Shown one piece after another: positions 28,201-41,477 of a stretch of 64,000 nucleotides of DNA. The notes beneath the pieces are model-generated. The model saw nothing but the letters and a program-made list of their open reading frames with translations. It searched no databases and was not told the DNA's origin. This DNA is from Trichoplax adhaerens. Its lineage: Eukaryota > Animalia > Placozoa. The stretch covers positions 4,608,008 through 4,672,007 of the forward strand of contig NW_002060943.1 in the NCBI RefSeq assembly GCF_000150275.1. The letters are read 5' to 3'. The position numbers and the translations under genes are program-made. Within the stretch, counting starts at the first letter, position 1. Every line of letters starts with the position of its first letter.

Positions 28201-29207
28201 GGTTAAGACAGTTTTTAAATCGATGGCTGATGCACTTTTTACTACTTTCCTAATGATGCTTGGTGAACTAACAATCGATCCGAATTTAAGCAATCTCATC
28301 AAAGCACATCCTGTTGGAGTGATAGTCTTCATCGTATTTTGTTTAATGATGGTTATTATCATTATTAACTTGCTGGTAAATAAAGTGATATTCGCGTTCA
28401 ATAGTTACTCTATTACTACGGGTATTCGCCATAGTATACATTACTTGGAATTTGGAATAAAATTACCCTAGTACGCTAATAATGTGGTAAAGGTGTTGCA
28501 TATATGAGTTTATGTCCAAGTTGTATATGTACTAATATTAAGCTATTTTGCTTTTGTCAATATTTAGGTCGGTTTAGCTGTTGGTGACATCGATAAAATT
28601 CGTCAAAATGCTGTTTATAAACGCCATATCATGCAAATTGACCTATTGATCGAATTGGAAGGTACTTTACCAGCTAGTTTATTAAAAAGGTTTTATATTA
28701 GTCGATTGGAACAGTTCCCAAGCGAAGAAAGTTCTCGTCTGAGCGAAGTAAGGGAATAAAAAATGGATACCCTAAATTTAGGAGGGCTAACTACTATGTC
28801 GTTGTACCTTTACGCTAACGTGACCATCTTAATGAAACTTAACAAAAATTTTTACCGCTCTTTATCGTTTAGATATTTACTGCCCTATCACCGTTTTCTG
28901 CCGCTGATCAAAACTTGAGAGAAATTAAATCTTTGCATTACTTAAATGAGTCTCGATTAGACCTAAATTTGGATGAAGAAACAGCTTCGAAGGGCATTAC
29001 CATCAATAAAAATAGTAACAATGGTAGTTTACAGCAACAGAGGTAAATCAATCATTATTTTCCAGTTTTAATCGTTTTAAAATTGCTCGCCGTCATTTAA
29101 TTAAGCTAAGAGTGTAGCTTATCTGTATTCTCAATAGTGTGGCAACTGATATAAAAGAAAATAATGGTATTTTAAGAGGCGTCCAAAGCTTAATAAGGAG
29201 AAAATGA
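16211..29207 (+). CDS. TRPA1: TRPA1-like transient receptor potential channel (about 16 ankyrin repeats + 6 TM), 28 exons, about 1141 aa
   Basis: Phase-consistent GT-AG exons: 16211-16501, 16808-16898, 17562-17737, 17893-18000, 18661-18769, 19381-19478, 19577-19624, 19983-20167, 20258-20306, 20437-20637, 20761-20847, 21373-21455, 21937-22098, 22243-22357, 22490-22659, 23094-23178, 23291-23347, 24464-24544, 24717-24787, 24902-25073, 26605-26703, 26868-27031, 27246-27306, 27736-27804, 28202-28375, 28568-28747, 28873-29042, 29138-29207 (total 3426 nt). Ankyrin motifs include GKTALHYA, RTPLHVAAWNG and ETPLHIAAWSG. TRPA linker HKRW...MP...LLMDRCI, pre-S1 HPL..ALLKYKWDKYG, pore MMLGEL, S6/TRP-like INLLVGLAVGDIDKIRQNA. 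The first exon and start codon are the least certain; exact orthology within the TRPA subfamily is untested. Confidence 0.9.
17801..17818. repeat. (TA)n microsatellite
   Basis: tatatatatatatatata in TRPA intron 3. Confidence 0.9.
23480..24430. repeat. Diverged tandem repeat of about 140 bp, 7 units, filling TRPA intron 17
   Basis: Unit anchor resembling GAAAGTTATGGTAC at about 23482, 23618, 23753, 23893, 24031, 24178 and 24324. Each is followed by related blocks (CTCRTAATTTTAAT..., TGATAAT..., AATTTAC.CT.TTTAATATTT). Confidence 0.85.
25170..25296 (+). pseudogene. Decayed tandem copy of the 3' part of TRPA exon 20 plus its donor site
   Basis: 25170-25296 aligns with about 25000-25125 (TTAACGATTATCCA...CCGTATGTACAGCTATATTT...TTTTAGCTTA). 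The copy has a 1-nt deletion that produces an in-frame TAA. Confidence 0.8.
25967..26092. repeat. 22-bp (2 x 11-bp) CpG-rich minisatellite in TRPA intron 20
   Basis: Unit approximately GCGCGATAATCGCACGATAAAT, about 5.5 copies. GATA starts every 11 bp from 25971 to 26081. Confidence 0.95.
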
Positions 29208-29417
29208 ATAGATATTTTACTTCAAATAAGTTTCATTTTATGTATATGGCAATATTAGGACAACAGTTGCATTGTTTGTTATTACATATTTTTATACTAT
29301 TATTTTTGCTCAATAGTTTGTAAAAGTTTCATAACGTTGGTATAAAACTCTGCTTTTATTTCGCTAGGAGGTGGACTCATCTATAAGTAAATATATGGCA
29401 TGAAACAAGGGTTATCT

Positions 29418-32400
29418 TTAGTCAGCCATAATTCGCTTTATCCGATTATGATAACTGTCATTTAATTGGTACAGCATAGGAGTATAGAGGCAATTATAAT
29501 CTTTAGTATCGAAGCTTACATGTAGTCGCCGAAATTGACAATCAGGATGTTCCAAAGGTTCACTTGTGTATATATCATGTAAAATAAACCAAACAAGGTC
29601 TTGTTCTTGTTGTGATAAAGTCACTAATAGGTTATTAGCAACCTGTAAATAAGTGCCAGAACATCATTTATTAAAACGTCATTTAACTAGCAGACTTACT
29701 GGCATTAGAGCATTACATAGTTTGCTTACCTCTTGTAATGGAACTGGTTGTTTGATACTTAGATAACATACAGCTGCAAATGATACTTCAGCGTAATCAG
29801 AATTTAGTACCTGAATCTACGGAATAAAGCAATCATTAATCGAATAATTTATAATTTCATTGGGAATATAAATTTCCGTAATATATCAAATTTCAAACTA
29901 ACGTTTGAAAATATTATAGAAAAATTCTTCAATATCGCCATTTGCAACTTATATTCTCGTGTGAATCTATTTTCAAGATGAAATAAGGACCACAATCATA
30001 ATAAGCCTAATTTTACACTAAATTTACTCTGTACAATAGTTAAGAACTTATGTTGCATTAACTTACTGGTAGGAATTGAAATCACACTTGGCACTTGGAG
30101 AAAAATGATAACCGTTAAAAAAATCAATTCAAAAGTCGAAAGTACCGTCTATGCACGAGTACATCAGTAAAAGCACATTTCAATTTTCATTAAGATATCT
30201 TGAAAAAACCTGATGTTAGCTTGAGTAGTAAGATACTTGCAAGCGGTAGGGATAATTTCCTTTGATATTCTTCTTTGTAAAAATTCTCCGCACAATTGAG
30301 CCATAACAGATAATACTTCCATTGCCTACAATAAGTAATTGTTAAGAGCATGAATTTTGAAACTATCCAACTATATAATGGATAATAGTTTTGTGGAAAA
30401 GTTCAGCCTTAATACACACTAAAAATTCCTAAATTATACAGTAGCTGCTAGCGTTATCTGTCAAGGCAGTATCATAAACCTGGCAGTGACCGTGGTGTCT
30501 GCAACGCGAACACAGTTAATACTTTACCTTAATCTGGACAGTTACGTTGCCATCAGTGAATCGCCTGATGAAAGGATTCCAAATTTTGTGAATGGCTGGA
30601 AGTAAATCATCTAGCAAGGATAAATGCAAATTCTTATGCTATGAAAAATTCAACCTGGTGTCATCAAAATGTAGCCCTTTGAATTCAGTCATTACATCAC
30701 ATGGAACGCACAAGGTTCGGCTATTTATTATTCTTTTAACTTACTTTCAAATTTAGATAAAGATAGTATACCATTTTTTATTACTTCCAATAACTTTATA
30801 CGCATGCGGTATTCATTTGATGCCAAGAAATTAGCGCATTTATCCATTACCTTAACATTAGCACAGAGTACTGAAACTTTTAGGCAATAAATGGGTGTTT
30901 CGTAATAGATCATTCTAGATGATCAGTCTTTAGCAATCTACAGTAATAACTAATTACTTATGGCGTTTAGAGTTTACCTGTAATAGGATTTGTACGTAGA
31001 GTAATTTCGGTTTTTCGACATCGTCTTCGGCATTTTCTAACGATTAAACATCGGCTTATAGTTAGTTTCAATTTTTATTTATGTAGAAACATTAATAAAT
31101 CAATCTTGATAATTTAACGTAAACCTATAATGGGGAGTCTTTATTAATGTTATATTGAAACAATTTTACAACATATTACCATCATTAGATGCACTCTCAA
31201 ATACATCATTTTCATCTTCTTCATTATTAGATTCAGTTAAATTTTTGAATTTCCAGTACTCTGTTAAGAAGTTTTCCACGAGGTTCGGCGTTTCCTTTGA
31301 ACTTTGTACACGATCATCTAAAGTCCGAAAAGTACGCTAAAGTATAATTCATACCGATTATATACTTATTTTTCAGCAAACCTGACATATATTTTTCAGT
31401 TTCTTTTTCCTATTTATCAATAATGTGTAACATTAAGGTACATATAATTAATAGGGTGAACAATTTAAAATATACTTGAGATATATCATTTTTTAATTAT
31501 TTAAATTATTTTAACCGTTTCCGACGAGATAAACCACCGCCTTATCGCACACGTAATCGAAAATAATACCGAGATAACCAAAGGATACAGCTCGGTACTA
31601 TTATCTAGAATATTATACATCTACTTTCCATAAAATAATTATAAAAGGCTTATTATCGACGTATTCCATATATAAATTTACAATAATCCGAATAAATTGT
31701 TCCTCATTTAAATGACTTTTTTACCTCTAGAATAGAATCTTCGAGAATCGGTAAAGTATCTTTTGTTCTGTATGTAATCAAATTTCGTTCAATAGCAGTG
31801 AAAAGTTTACCAATAATTACTATAATATAATAGTCGATAGCACTTTGCTTACCCATATTCTAATACAACCTTCAATACCCTATCAAAATTTAGAGAAAGT
31901 ACTATTTGCAGCAAATGCATATCACTATTTCAATCAACTACTAAAAATTTTATTTATATAGTTTTACTCATAAACGTTAATACTTACTTGAGTGATCGTC
32001 CATTTTCATTGACATTTCTTAAATTTAAAGCGATGGCATTAACTAAGTAGTCAATATTATCACCGATCACTTCTGGTATAGAACTAGAAAATTATAATGA
32101 TGGTTTAGGTTCATTAAATTTTATAGCAAATAGCATATCAAAACAGTAACAACATATGGCACTTGCAATTACCTATATCCAAAGGAATTGCAGATTCGTG
32201 TAAGTGTAATGTAAGCAGTCCGGCTGCAAGTACAAAAGATAGATTTAAGATTCGTCAAACATCAGCAATAACAAACTAGTACAGAGGGTTACAAGCTTTG
32301 CATTTTTACTTGATTATCATAATCTCAGTATCCAGCTTCTCCAATAGCAAATACAAGCAGTGTCTGAGATAGTATACAGTGTCGCCTTCAAAGAACTTAT

Positions 32401-35400
32401 TTGAAAAATTTGTAAGTATTTAATAACTTAATATTTAAGTAACTAGGAAAATTAAAACAGATTCGTTTATAAAGCTTACATTTACCTTAGCTAAGTTGGC
32501 GAGGCCTTCCATTAAAAGACATTGCATGACCGCACCAGAATACCTTTCCTCATTTACGACATACGTTTGCCTATTTACAATTTGCAGTTTATCTTCTATA
32601 CTTTCGTATAATTCCGCTTCTCCAAGGAACTGTTGTTGCCTTACCATCCAACAAGTCGGTGATAAGTATTCCATTAGTAAATTTCTGCATTTTAATTAAA
32701 CATATATTATTGAAACGAACAAGATAGTCGCCGAAAATATATGAGACAGTACAATTAACTGAGCGCAATACATTGGAAAAATTAGTACACTTGAGCGTAA
32801 TGCAATAAATTTTTTAGCAGACAAGAACTGTAAACACTGATAACATCTTAAAATAATAATCTCTATATGATAAACGAGAGATTTTAATCGAATTGAATCA
32901 CAATTGTATTAATGTAAAAATTTTTTATCATTAAGAATCATTTATCTAAATAATTCTTATACAGACAGCTGTCCAAAGCAACAAAATAGTTGTGGATATA
33001 GGCAAATTTCCTTACGTACCTGATAGAATTATGAAAAGCATACTAACATAAAAGAAATTAAATCGTTATTACAGATGAGAAAGGCGTAATAAATACAGTT
33101 CTTAGCACGTTATAAATTACTGATCATTATCTGGTGTGTGTTTATGAATTAGTTTACAAAGTATACTATATAAGTTATATTTTATGGTTGATAAAATGAG
33201 ACGTGAAATTTTACCTTTCGCGCATTTGTACCTTGAACACCTAAAAATATTATTTTCAGATAAGAAATGATTTTATTTAATGCTATGCATTAATTACTGT
33301 CATTTCTGTTTAAGTGTCGTTACCCAATGCAGCTCCTAACAGTATTTCGTTTAGTATAAGTAACACTTGCTTTCGATGGGAAATGGAATCCTTCAAGAGA
33401 CTAATGCAATGGTCAACAAGTACATCGAAGCAACCTAATTATATAAAAAGATTAAGAAAAGTTGTTACTATTTTAGAGAATATAAGTAATATCATAATCA
33501 GTAAATAACTTACCATTTTGGCCGATTATTCGGCATAGATTTCGAACGGATGTTTCTACAGCCTCTGACAGGATATGTTTAAAATTTTTTCTAGGATAGT
33601 CATCGGAACTTTCGTATGATGTATTGATAGCATCTATTATAGAGGATATTAACAAATATCTGTTCATACATGTTCATTTTACTGTATTTATTATCTATAA
33701 ATTCTTTCATTTACCAAGCAAAGTTGATCCAATGTCGGTAACCCCTACAGTAGGCTTTTGAAGTTCTAATATCTACAAAATTTATTGATGAATACGAAAT
33801 CATGATCTCGAATAGTGCTTTGAACGAGATATTCACTGAAATTAGTATCGTCTAACAAAACTAACTTGTATCAATGCCATAGATAATCGTGATAGATGGC
33901 TCTGAGAGTTTAAGAATGAATTTAAGCGTTCACCTTTACCTATTAAAAATAATGATAACGCTCAGTTGTCTGCTACATCGGAAAATTCATCGTATTTTTA
34001 ACGGAAGTTAAATATTTATACCCAGCAATATTAAATATCCACACAGAAGGTTGATTGTTATTAACTGTTTTTTGTCATCTGTTAAGAAAGTTAAAAACGT
34101 AAATATTGAGGCAAAATAACAAGTTAAGAAAATTAATTGCCTGGTGTTGCTATAATTCTTGGTAGAGCTATAATGTTGTTCATTATATTTTCTTCTAGCA
34201 AATCCGACATAGACATCGCTTCTAAATATAAAAAATTATATAAAAGTCTTCAAATATCTTTCGAATAGAAAGTGAAGAAAGCACATTATATCAAAGAATT
34301 TAATGACAACAAAGTTCACCTGACTGTTTACTAAAGTGATTCGGTAATAGTGCCTGTAAAAATTGAAATTAATGACTGTTCTTAATTGCAGAAGTTGGAC
34401 TGATATTGCAAGTATATTGCCTTACTAATCTATCTTGACAATAATTTCTTATTTCATCATATTCATCGTAAGTAAGCGCTACTAGAACTTCCATAAGAAT
34501 CACTAATGACTCTTTAAGAGATCTGAGGTTTAAGTAGAACAAGTTCCTCAGATTTCAATGTGGAATACGAATAAATAATGAGCATCCTCGTATTTTCGTT
34601 TACCTTATACATGTGAACAGTAATCTTGCAGACAATTTCGCTAAAGCTTGGCGAATCTATAAATTAAATAGTTAAAATAAAATTAATGATGTGGATTAGT
34701 AGTTAGTCTGTTTGTCCACATTCTCTGTCATAAAATAAAATTTAAATCATTTTAAATTATTGAGCTAACCTTGAAATTAGGGCAGGAGATAAGTTGAGTT
34801 ATTTGAGATAATAGGGTCTTTAACTTACTACTTGTGGTTTTGAACCATTCCATGTCTCGCTTTGGATGACGTAGAATTCGATTATCAGCTTGCAAGTATG
34901 TAGGATCCTGGGTTTTATCTATTATGTAACAGTTAACGGTCTGGCTACGTATCTCAGATAGTTCAATGCAGTACGTAATAACTACTAAATTCGGCTCACA
35001 TTAACTTACTTTTAACTAATTTGTAAAATGAATCCAAAGATAATTTTTGATTATCGTTGGGTAAGAAAGTATCATCCATAGCAAGAGAAATTATTAAAGA
35101 CAATGCTTGAATAGCAGCCTAAAAGCAATTGCACGTATGATAGCACCATCATAAAAATATTAGGCTTCGCTGATGATCACAGGCTAGGATTATATCAATG
35201 ATTATGTCTTTGTTATGCTACTTTATTAAATTAAAATAAGTTATACTGAGCCAAAAAGAAATGTAGAACCTAAGTTACTTACAGCGGCGACATTCTACAG
35301 GTTCAACGAAAGAAACAATAATATCAGTACTCTATCCAGTTTAATTTTCAAGCTCGATTAAATAGAGTCTAAGAATAAATTCTGACCTGGTAGTGATTTG

Positions 35401-36899
35401 CAGTATTAACAATTACTTTACCCAGGGCCGTTGATATGCCAGGTATGAATATTGAAAGTGCATGTGACATAGACTTTCTCTGATAAATATCCTTAGAATC
35501 TAAATGAATATAAAATTTTTATCGGAATTTCATCGGCATTCTCAACCTATTCTTACGATTGCTATTTTCAGTTATTTCCATACTATTCAATTTACATATG
35601 TTCCATTACAAAATTTTATAAGACTTAGTGAAATGCAACATATTTATACAGGACTAACACTGCATCTTTATTTCTTCGTTGACATTATATAACGATATTT
35701 GTAATAAACAATCAATCGCGGTGAGTCTTAATTTTATCAACTTTTCCTTCTCGATCATTAATAATAAAGATGAAATCAAATGGCCTAAGATTGGTATAGC
35801 GTCTTCAAAGTACAGTTGATTCCAAATCCTAAATATCAATCCATATCAGTGATGTCACAATGTTTCAATGTTTATTTTGCCATAATCACGTTTGTAAATA
35901 CAATTAAAAAAGGTTAGGTAAAACGATGCAGTAGTAGGGATATCAATACGAATTGCGGCACTATTACTTATAAAATTAACATACTTTGAGTTCGTTGCAA
36001 CGGCGACACAGTGAATACATTCCACGACATCCACCTTAATCTCCTCGCAAATTCCTGAATTGTCGATGATATTGCAATACAAGTTATGATAGAATGTCGA
36101 ATGACAGTGGTGATACCAAATATTTCAAATATTTACTAGCTGCTAGACACGTTGTGACTGTCATAGTATTATGTGTATATTTTTTATAGCGATAATGGAA
36201 TATCTTTACTTATAGAGACATGCCTAGCATCCCTTTAGAGCTGGAATTGGATTTATTACTAGGATTAATTGTTAAGCACAATTGTGTAACAAAATCTTTG
36301 AGAATATCAAATTTTTCGATGGTGACTTTTGTGAATGCTAATTTAGCACATACGAGAGCAGCTTCAATGACTTTTTCGTCGCTAAATTATTAAGGCAAGA
36401 AAAAGTTATACTTTATTAGCATAGTATTATTATTGTTGCTTTATGCCTTATATGTAGTATTTATCGTTCTATTTTCATAACTACATCGATATATACAGTA
36501 TGCAAAGTCTGTAAACAACAGTATCGCAACTTGCAGCTGTGACTTTCATTCAAGGTTCCTTACAGAGTCGAATGATCAGCAAATCTATCGGTTAAGAAAA
36601 CCCTGACACAAGGAGCTCTTTTGCCCTACCACAATGTACTTGAACTAAAAAATATTTGCAAAATTATCTACTAGAACAATCAATCTCTAAACTTACCAAA
36701 ATTGCTTGCCTTCAAAGTTGAACTTCATCAAAATAACTCTTATAGGGAAGATGACATATTCGGTTAGAATTTTAATATCATCCTGATCGACACCTTCAAC
36801 AAGACGGGATAACTGCCTTAAATTATCAACGCTTGGCCGATTTAAGACTGCGATACAAACAGGTCTGAATTTATGAAAAGTGGCTTGAAGAGCTGCCAT
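29418..36899 (-). CDS. TTI1: TELO2-interacting protein 1 (TTT complex HEAT-repeat subunit), multi-exon
   Basis: N-terminus FHKFRPVCIAVL...LTEYVIFPIRVIL. Internal segments FIPGISTALGKVI, ALPRIIATPDDKKQLITINLLCGYLILLG, VLVDHCISLL...HRKQVLLILNEILLGAA, LLPAIHKIWNPFIRRF and CGEFLQRRISKEIIP. C-terminal YLSIKQPVPLQEVA...QDLVWFIL. All resemble metazoan TTI1 as recalled. ATG at 36899, stop at 29418-29420. Not every internal exon boundary was resolved. Confidence 0.9.
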
Positions 36900-37226
36900 T
36901 TTACTTTGTGCATAACCACAGTAAGATTATCCTTCTCTCATTATATTTCAATTTGAAATATTTTGCGATTTTAACTTAGCAATGAGGAAAATTTTCTAGC
37001 TTGCAACCGAGCTGCTCATTGCTTGCAAACTCCAAGCTTTAGATGTTTTGTGGTCCAGTACTAGGGTACAGTACTGTACAGTACTGTACTGTAACTGTAC
37101 AGTACAATCCTGTCGCGTACCCTACAGTACAGTGTACTGTACACTGTACAATGTACAGTACTGTACAGTACAGCTCTACAGTATAGCGAGGACCCTCCAA
37201 TTGAAACGACGACATTGCTGGCAGAA
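36900..37226. promoter_or_regulatory. Putative bidirectional promoter between TTI1 and DUS3L
   Basis: Only 327 bp separate the two divergent start codons, and the gap contains the CAGTA/TACTG array. Confidence 0.75.
37056..37184. repeat. Degenerate (CAGTA/TACTG)n pentamer array with mixed orientation
   Basis: ...tacagtactgtacagtactgtactgtaactgtacagtac...; orientation switches create many TACAGTACTGTA palindromes. Confidence 0.9.
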
Positions 37227-40200
37227 ATGGATGTTGTCCAAGGAAAGTCTACAACCTCATCAAGCGATTGTGGAAACGCAGCTACTTATCCTAACATTGA
37301 GCCTGGAGTAGCACCTATTAAGAGCGAGTAAGATAACTTGTTGGGATTTTATCTGTTTTAGTTGTTGATTGATACGACATTAATATTGCATTTCCACTTT
37401 AGGTTTTTAAGATGTAGGCCTCCACCGCGTACGACCACTGACAGTAGTGCCCAAGCTACCGAGCTCCAGAAAGATGAGCCACAGCAAAACAACGGATCAA
37501 ATCGTAAGAGGAAACGAGGTCAAAATAAAAAACGGCCTTTAACTACAAGTATTGAGAAAGGAAAACTCTTATGTCCTAAGCTAATTGCAGATGAAGTCTG
37601 TGAGTTTGGTACCTCATGCCGCTTTTTGCATGATGTGGATGCTTTTCTGCAATCCAAGCCACCTGATTTAGGTAGGTCTGTAAGCTTATGAATTGGATGA
37701 TCCAAATATTGATCTAAACTCTAACGATATCAGTAAGATAAGAGAAGAAACTTATATTTCCAATATCTGCAAATATCACATATGATCATGTCATTCTTTT
37801 ATCACAACTTGGTTGCTATCATTTCGCATCTGTAGGTGACAAATGCGTCATTTTCGACGCTTATGGGAAATGTCCGTATGGCTTAGCGTGTCGCTACGGA
37901 TCCAGTCATGTAAACAATAAAAAGAATGTGATAGATGAGGAGCGTTTACGTGCCAGTGCAACGAAAAATTGCATGTCCAAAGAAGCTTTATCAGATTTAC
38001 GCAAAAAGAAAATCCAATTTCCTAAAGCCGATGCTTATGTTAAAGCTATATCTGCAATGAACGATATGAAGGTATTACAAAATCATCTTCTAGGAGCTAT
38101 TCATGAATTTGAACTTATTGTTTACAACCCAAGCTGTTCTTAGCTGCATTAGAGTATTGGTAATATGCAAAAATACAAGTAGATTAAATCGCTGTATTGT
38201 ATTTGCAATGTGTTCATCAGAAATTTCAACGAATTGTAATTCCAAGTGTTTACAATGCCCTGTTCTTGTATGGATTAGTTATACAGCAGATAGCGATCGA
38301 GATCAAAGTTTCCTTAATTCTAAGAGCCCCTTTGTATCTTACTTTTTTCACTTGCGTAATTAAATTGATAAAGGTGTCCTGAACTGGTATTAACATAATT
38401 AGGAATCTGTATCTACTATTTGTATAGCCACACTATTATTCGGTTATGCTTTACGCCATATACATGATTATTGCCGTTTCTGTTTTATATTCAATCATTA
38501 TATATCTTTCTAACCATTCAGAATGATGCTGCGGAAGGAAGGTCAACTATTGGAACATTAACAGATGAAGACCTTATTACCATTCGCCCTGAAGAGAAGA
38601 AGCAGGTTTGTTTTGACTATTCAATTACTTATTTACAAGCAATTTATAACGTGTTACTGAATGTTTTCTTCTTTTATAGATAAATTTTTCAAATAAGTTG
38701 TTTCTTGCCCCTTTAACCACCGTAAGTTTAGGAAATACTATTACTTATGCAACTATAGTTTCTTTACTTAATAAATCTTTTAATATTACTTATTTCTGCT
38801 TGTTCTAGTCTTGTAGTCAAGCTAATGTTTATTGACAGTGAATATTATGCTAGCAATCACAGCAGTGAATTATCTACGTAATATTGGAACTGATCGTGTT
38901 AAATTGTTTAGGTTGGAAACTTGCCTTTTCGAAGAATATGTAAGACTTTTGGTGCTGATGTAACCTGCAGTGAAATGGCATTATGTACTAACTTACTTCA
39001 GGTAATATAATAAAATTGGATAAAAAGGAAATAGTACGCTTGCAGGCTATGTGGCTACAGCTACTATTTTCACATTAACAATGTATCTGATGTTCACATT
39101 TCAGGGTCAGCAATCGGAGTGGGCACTTGTTAAACGACACGAATCGGAGGATCTGTTTGGTCTTCAGGTTTGTTCTATATACTAGAAAGTTTTTCATATT
39201 GTAACTGTACGCATTTATTTGAAATTACGATTATATTAGCTCAGGAATATGGCCTATCCAAGTGTTGTATTTCAAATGATTAAATTAAGCTAATACTATT
39301 GTAAAAAAGCCTAGCAGTATTCCCCCAAGATTATTGATATGCTTCTTGCCTGCAACTTGCATTAATAGCAAGTAAAAGTTTTATCCTCATTATTTATATC
39401 TGATACTTAATATGCTTAACTCAATAATCGTTTAGTCAGAATTTTAATTGGGCAAAGTTTTTGTTCCATGCAAGAAACTGATACTTATTGTCACTGAAAT
39501 CATAAGGACCTTGATTACTTAATATTTTTTTGGCTAAAGTTTAAAATATTCCATTTTATGTCCTACTAGCATTTTTTTCTCTGCAAAGAAAATTTCCTAC
39601 TTTTGCACTTATAACGGAAACTATATTATATTTTTGTATGCTTATGCAGCTGCTGCTCTTTGTTTTTGTTTAGGTATGTGGAGCATGGCCTGATACTCTA
39701 GCTCGACTATCTGAATACATCAACGACCGAGTTAATGTTGATTTCGTTGATCTTAATCTTGGTTGTCCAATCGATTTAGTTTTTCATCAGGTGACAATTT
39801 TGTAGTTTATTACGATTTTTTACTGTCACGTTTTTGCTTAAAGCTGACTTTTCAATATAGGGTGCCGGAAGTGCACTTATGGGAAGAGCTAATAAATTAC
39901 AGCAAATAGTTACTGGAATGTCATCAGTAAGTCTTACAATGTAGGGAATAATCATCGTTCCAGTTAACATATTCTGACTCCATTTATTAACTGTATATAA
40001 TGTTTGTATATTATAGTATAGGTATTTCTTTGTTTAATCTTAACAACTTGCGTATCGTTTGTCTAGCACTATGTAGCGAATTAGATTTTTATAGTCAGTC
40101 TATAATGTATCCTTTACCATTCCATACAGATTCTTTCGGTACCTCTTACTGTCAAGCTTCGAACTGGCATTTTGGCTAAAAAATCCACGGCGCATAAGTT

Positions 40201-41477
40201 AATACCTCAAATTCGAGAATGGGGTGCATCACTCGTCACTGTAATGATATCTTGTTTTTAGTATTTATTGTTTACCGAAGTATTAAATATTGTATGTATC
40301 CTTGCTGTAGTTGCATGGCCGATCGCGAGAACAAAGGTACACGAAATTAGCAGATTGGAGCTACATTAATGAATGTGCCACTGCAGCTGACCCAATGCCT
40401 CTAATAGGTAATATTGTATCAATAATTTCATAATACGTAGCTATCATGTTCCTATCGTGGGCTTTCTATGGCTCGACAGCGGGATAAAAGTTAATGGTTG
40501 CACCCGTTCAAATTTCTTAACCTAATGGGAAAATATCTGTCGACATTGCAGGAAACGGAGATATATTATCATTTGAAGATTATTTGGAACACATGAATAA
40601 TACCAACGTTGCAGGTGTCATGATTGCAAGGTTTGTGATGTGTGTTTTGCAGATGAATGGCTATATCTGTTAGATACCTAATTGCCGTGAACACCGGTAG
40701 AATTAGATTGATATCATTCTTGCTTAAATAATTAGAGGTGCACTCATTAAACCATGGCTATTTACCGAAATTAAAGAACGAAGGTAGCCTGTCGTACCTT
40801 GGCAGTAGGAACTTCTAACGATTAGATTATGAGTTACGTAATTATTCTTTACAGGCACTGGGATATATCTGCTAACGAACGATTTGAATTTCTCCGAAAA
40901 TATGTCAATTATGGTTTAGAGCATTGGGGATCGGACTCTTTAGTCAGTTTTTAAAAATTATGGCCATATCATTTTATTATGTGAAACACGGTAATAATTG
41001 TCTTATATTTTTTAGGGTGTTGAAAAAACTCGTCGATTTTTGCTCGAATGGTTATCGTTTTTACACCGGTTTGCCTATTTTTTTATATATTCTATACGTT
41101 GCAGTTCATAACGCTGTTCTGTTTGTATAAACTCGATTGTCTGGCTGGATTTATTATACTGTAGATATATACCAATTGGTGTGTTAGAACGTGTACCTCA
41201 ACGTATCAATGATAGGCCACCGTATTATGTTGGACGAAATGACCTTGAAACAATGATGAGCAGTACTGATTGCACTGTCTGGGTTAAATTAAGGTTAATT
41301 AACTATTGCTCAATAGATAATTAACTACTAAAAGCGTAAAATAATACCTGAAACGATATTATCATTTGTCGTATAACCTGACAATATTTCTCCGTTATCT
41401 TTAGTGAAATGCTGCTAGGATCTGTACCTACGAATTTTCAGTTTTTACCGAAACACAGAGCAAATTCCTATCAGTAA
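37227..41477 (+). CDS. DUS3L: tRNA-dihydrouridine(47) synthase [NAD(P)+]-like, about 17 exons
   Basis: [10 protein letters not shown] near the N-terminus. Two CCCH-type zinc fingers ([20 protein letters not shown]; [22 protein letters not shown]). Core motifs [18 protein letters not shown], catalytic [25 protein letters not shown] and ARGALIKPW, then [18 protein letters not shown] and the C-terminal [11 protein letters not shown]. Confidence 0.95.

Noticed and set aside
36200-36262. Second possible GC donor in TTI1 exon 2 (CTAG|GCATGT)
   Set aside because: A same-phase canonical GTAATA donor lies a short distance upstream, so the GC site is not required.
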